Assembly (NCBI RefSeq): GCF_006345805.1
Contig: NC_042997.1
Span: 168,826,001 to 168,890,000 of the forward strand
Length of the DNA: 64,000 bases
From: Octopus sinensis
Taxonomy: Eukaryota
Direction: 5' to 3'
Shown: positions 63,986 to 64,000 of the stretch, in pieces
Layout: each line of letters opens with the position of its first letter
Numbering within the stretch: the first letter of the stretch is position 1
The notes under the pieces: model-generated
What the model was told of the DNA's origin: nothing
Database searches by the model: none
What the model saw: the letters and a program-made list of their open reading frames with translations, nothing else
Translations under genes and position numbers: made by a program

Positions 63986-64000
63986 CAATTTAATACTATG

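Overview
Eukaryotic, AT-rich, repeat-dense window. It is most likely cephalopod (Octopus-like), inferred from the tRNA-derived SINE families and the microsatellite load. It is intergenic or deep intronic: I could not support any host protein-coding exon, rRNA gene or true tRNA gene, and most entries in the ORF track are microsatellite or antisense artefacts. The main element is a near full-length RTE-clade LINE (about 46.7-51.36 kb, + strand). It encodes an APE endonuclease and an RT with a C4HC3 PHD-type finger inserted inside the RT, has only two frameshifts and one nonsense codon, and carries a 61-62 bp hairpin-forming minisatellite in its 3' UTR. That minisatellite recurs, independently expanded, in two other 5'-truncated copies (20.3-21.25 kb and 36.3-37.3 kb). 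Also present are a D,D34D mariner fossil, a second Tc1/mariner relic, a decayed hAT (Buster/Charlie-like) transposase, CR1 and other RTE fragments, non-autonomous Helitrons, several MITEs (two with GG termini and 8-bp TSDs), and more than 30 SINE copies from at least four families, some nested. At least five dispersed hammerhead-ribozyme-like motifs of the minimal Penelope-element type occur, two with an intact catalytic core. There is also a 1.52-kb near-identical tandem duplication bounded by (CTAT)n arrays. All calls were made by eye; no database search was run.
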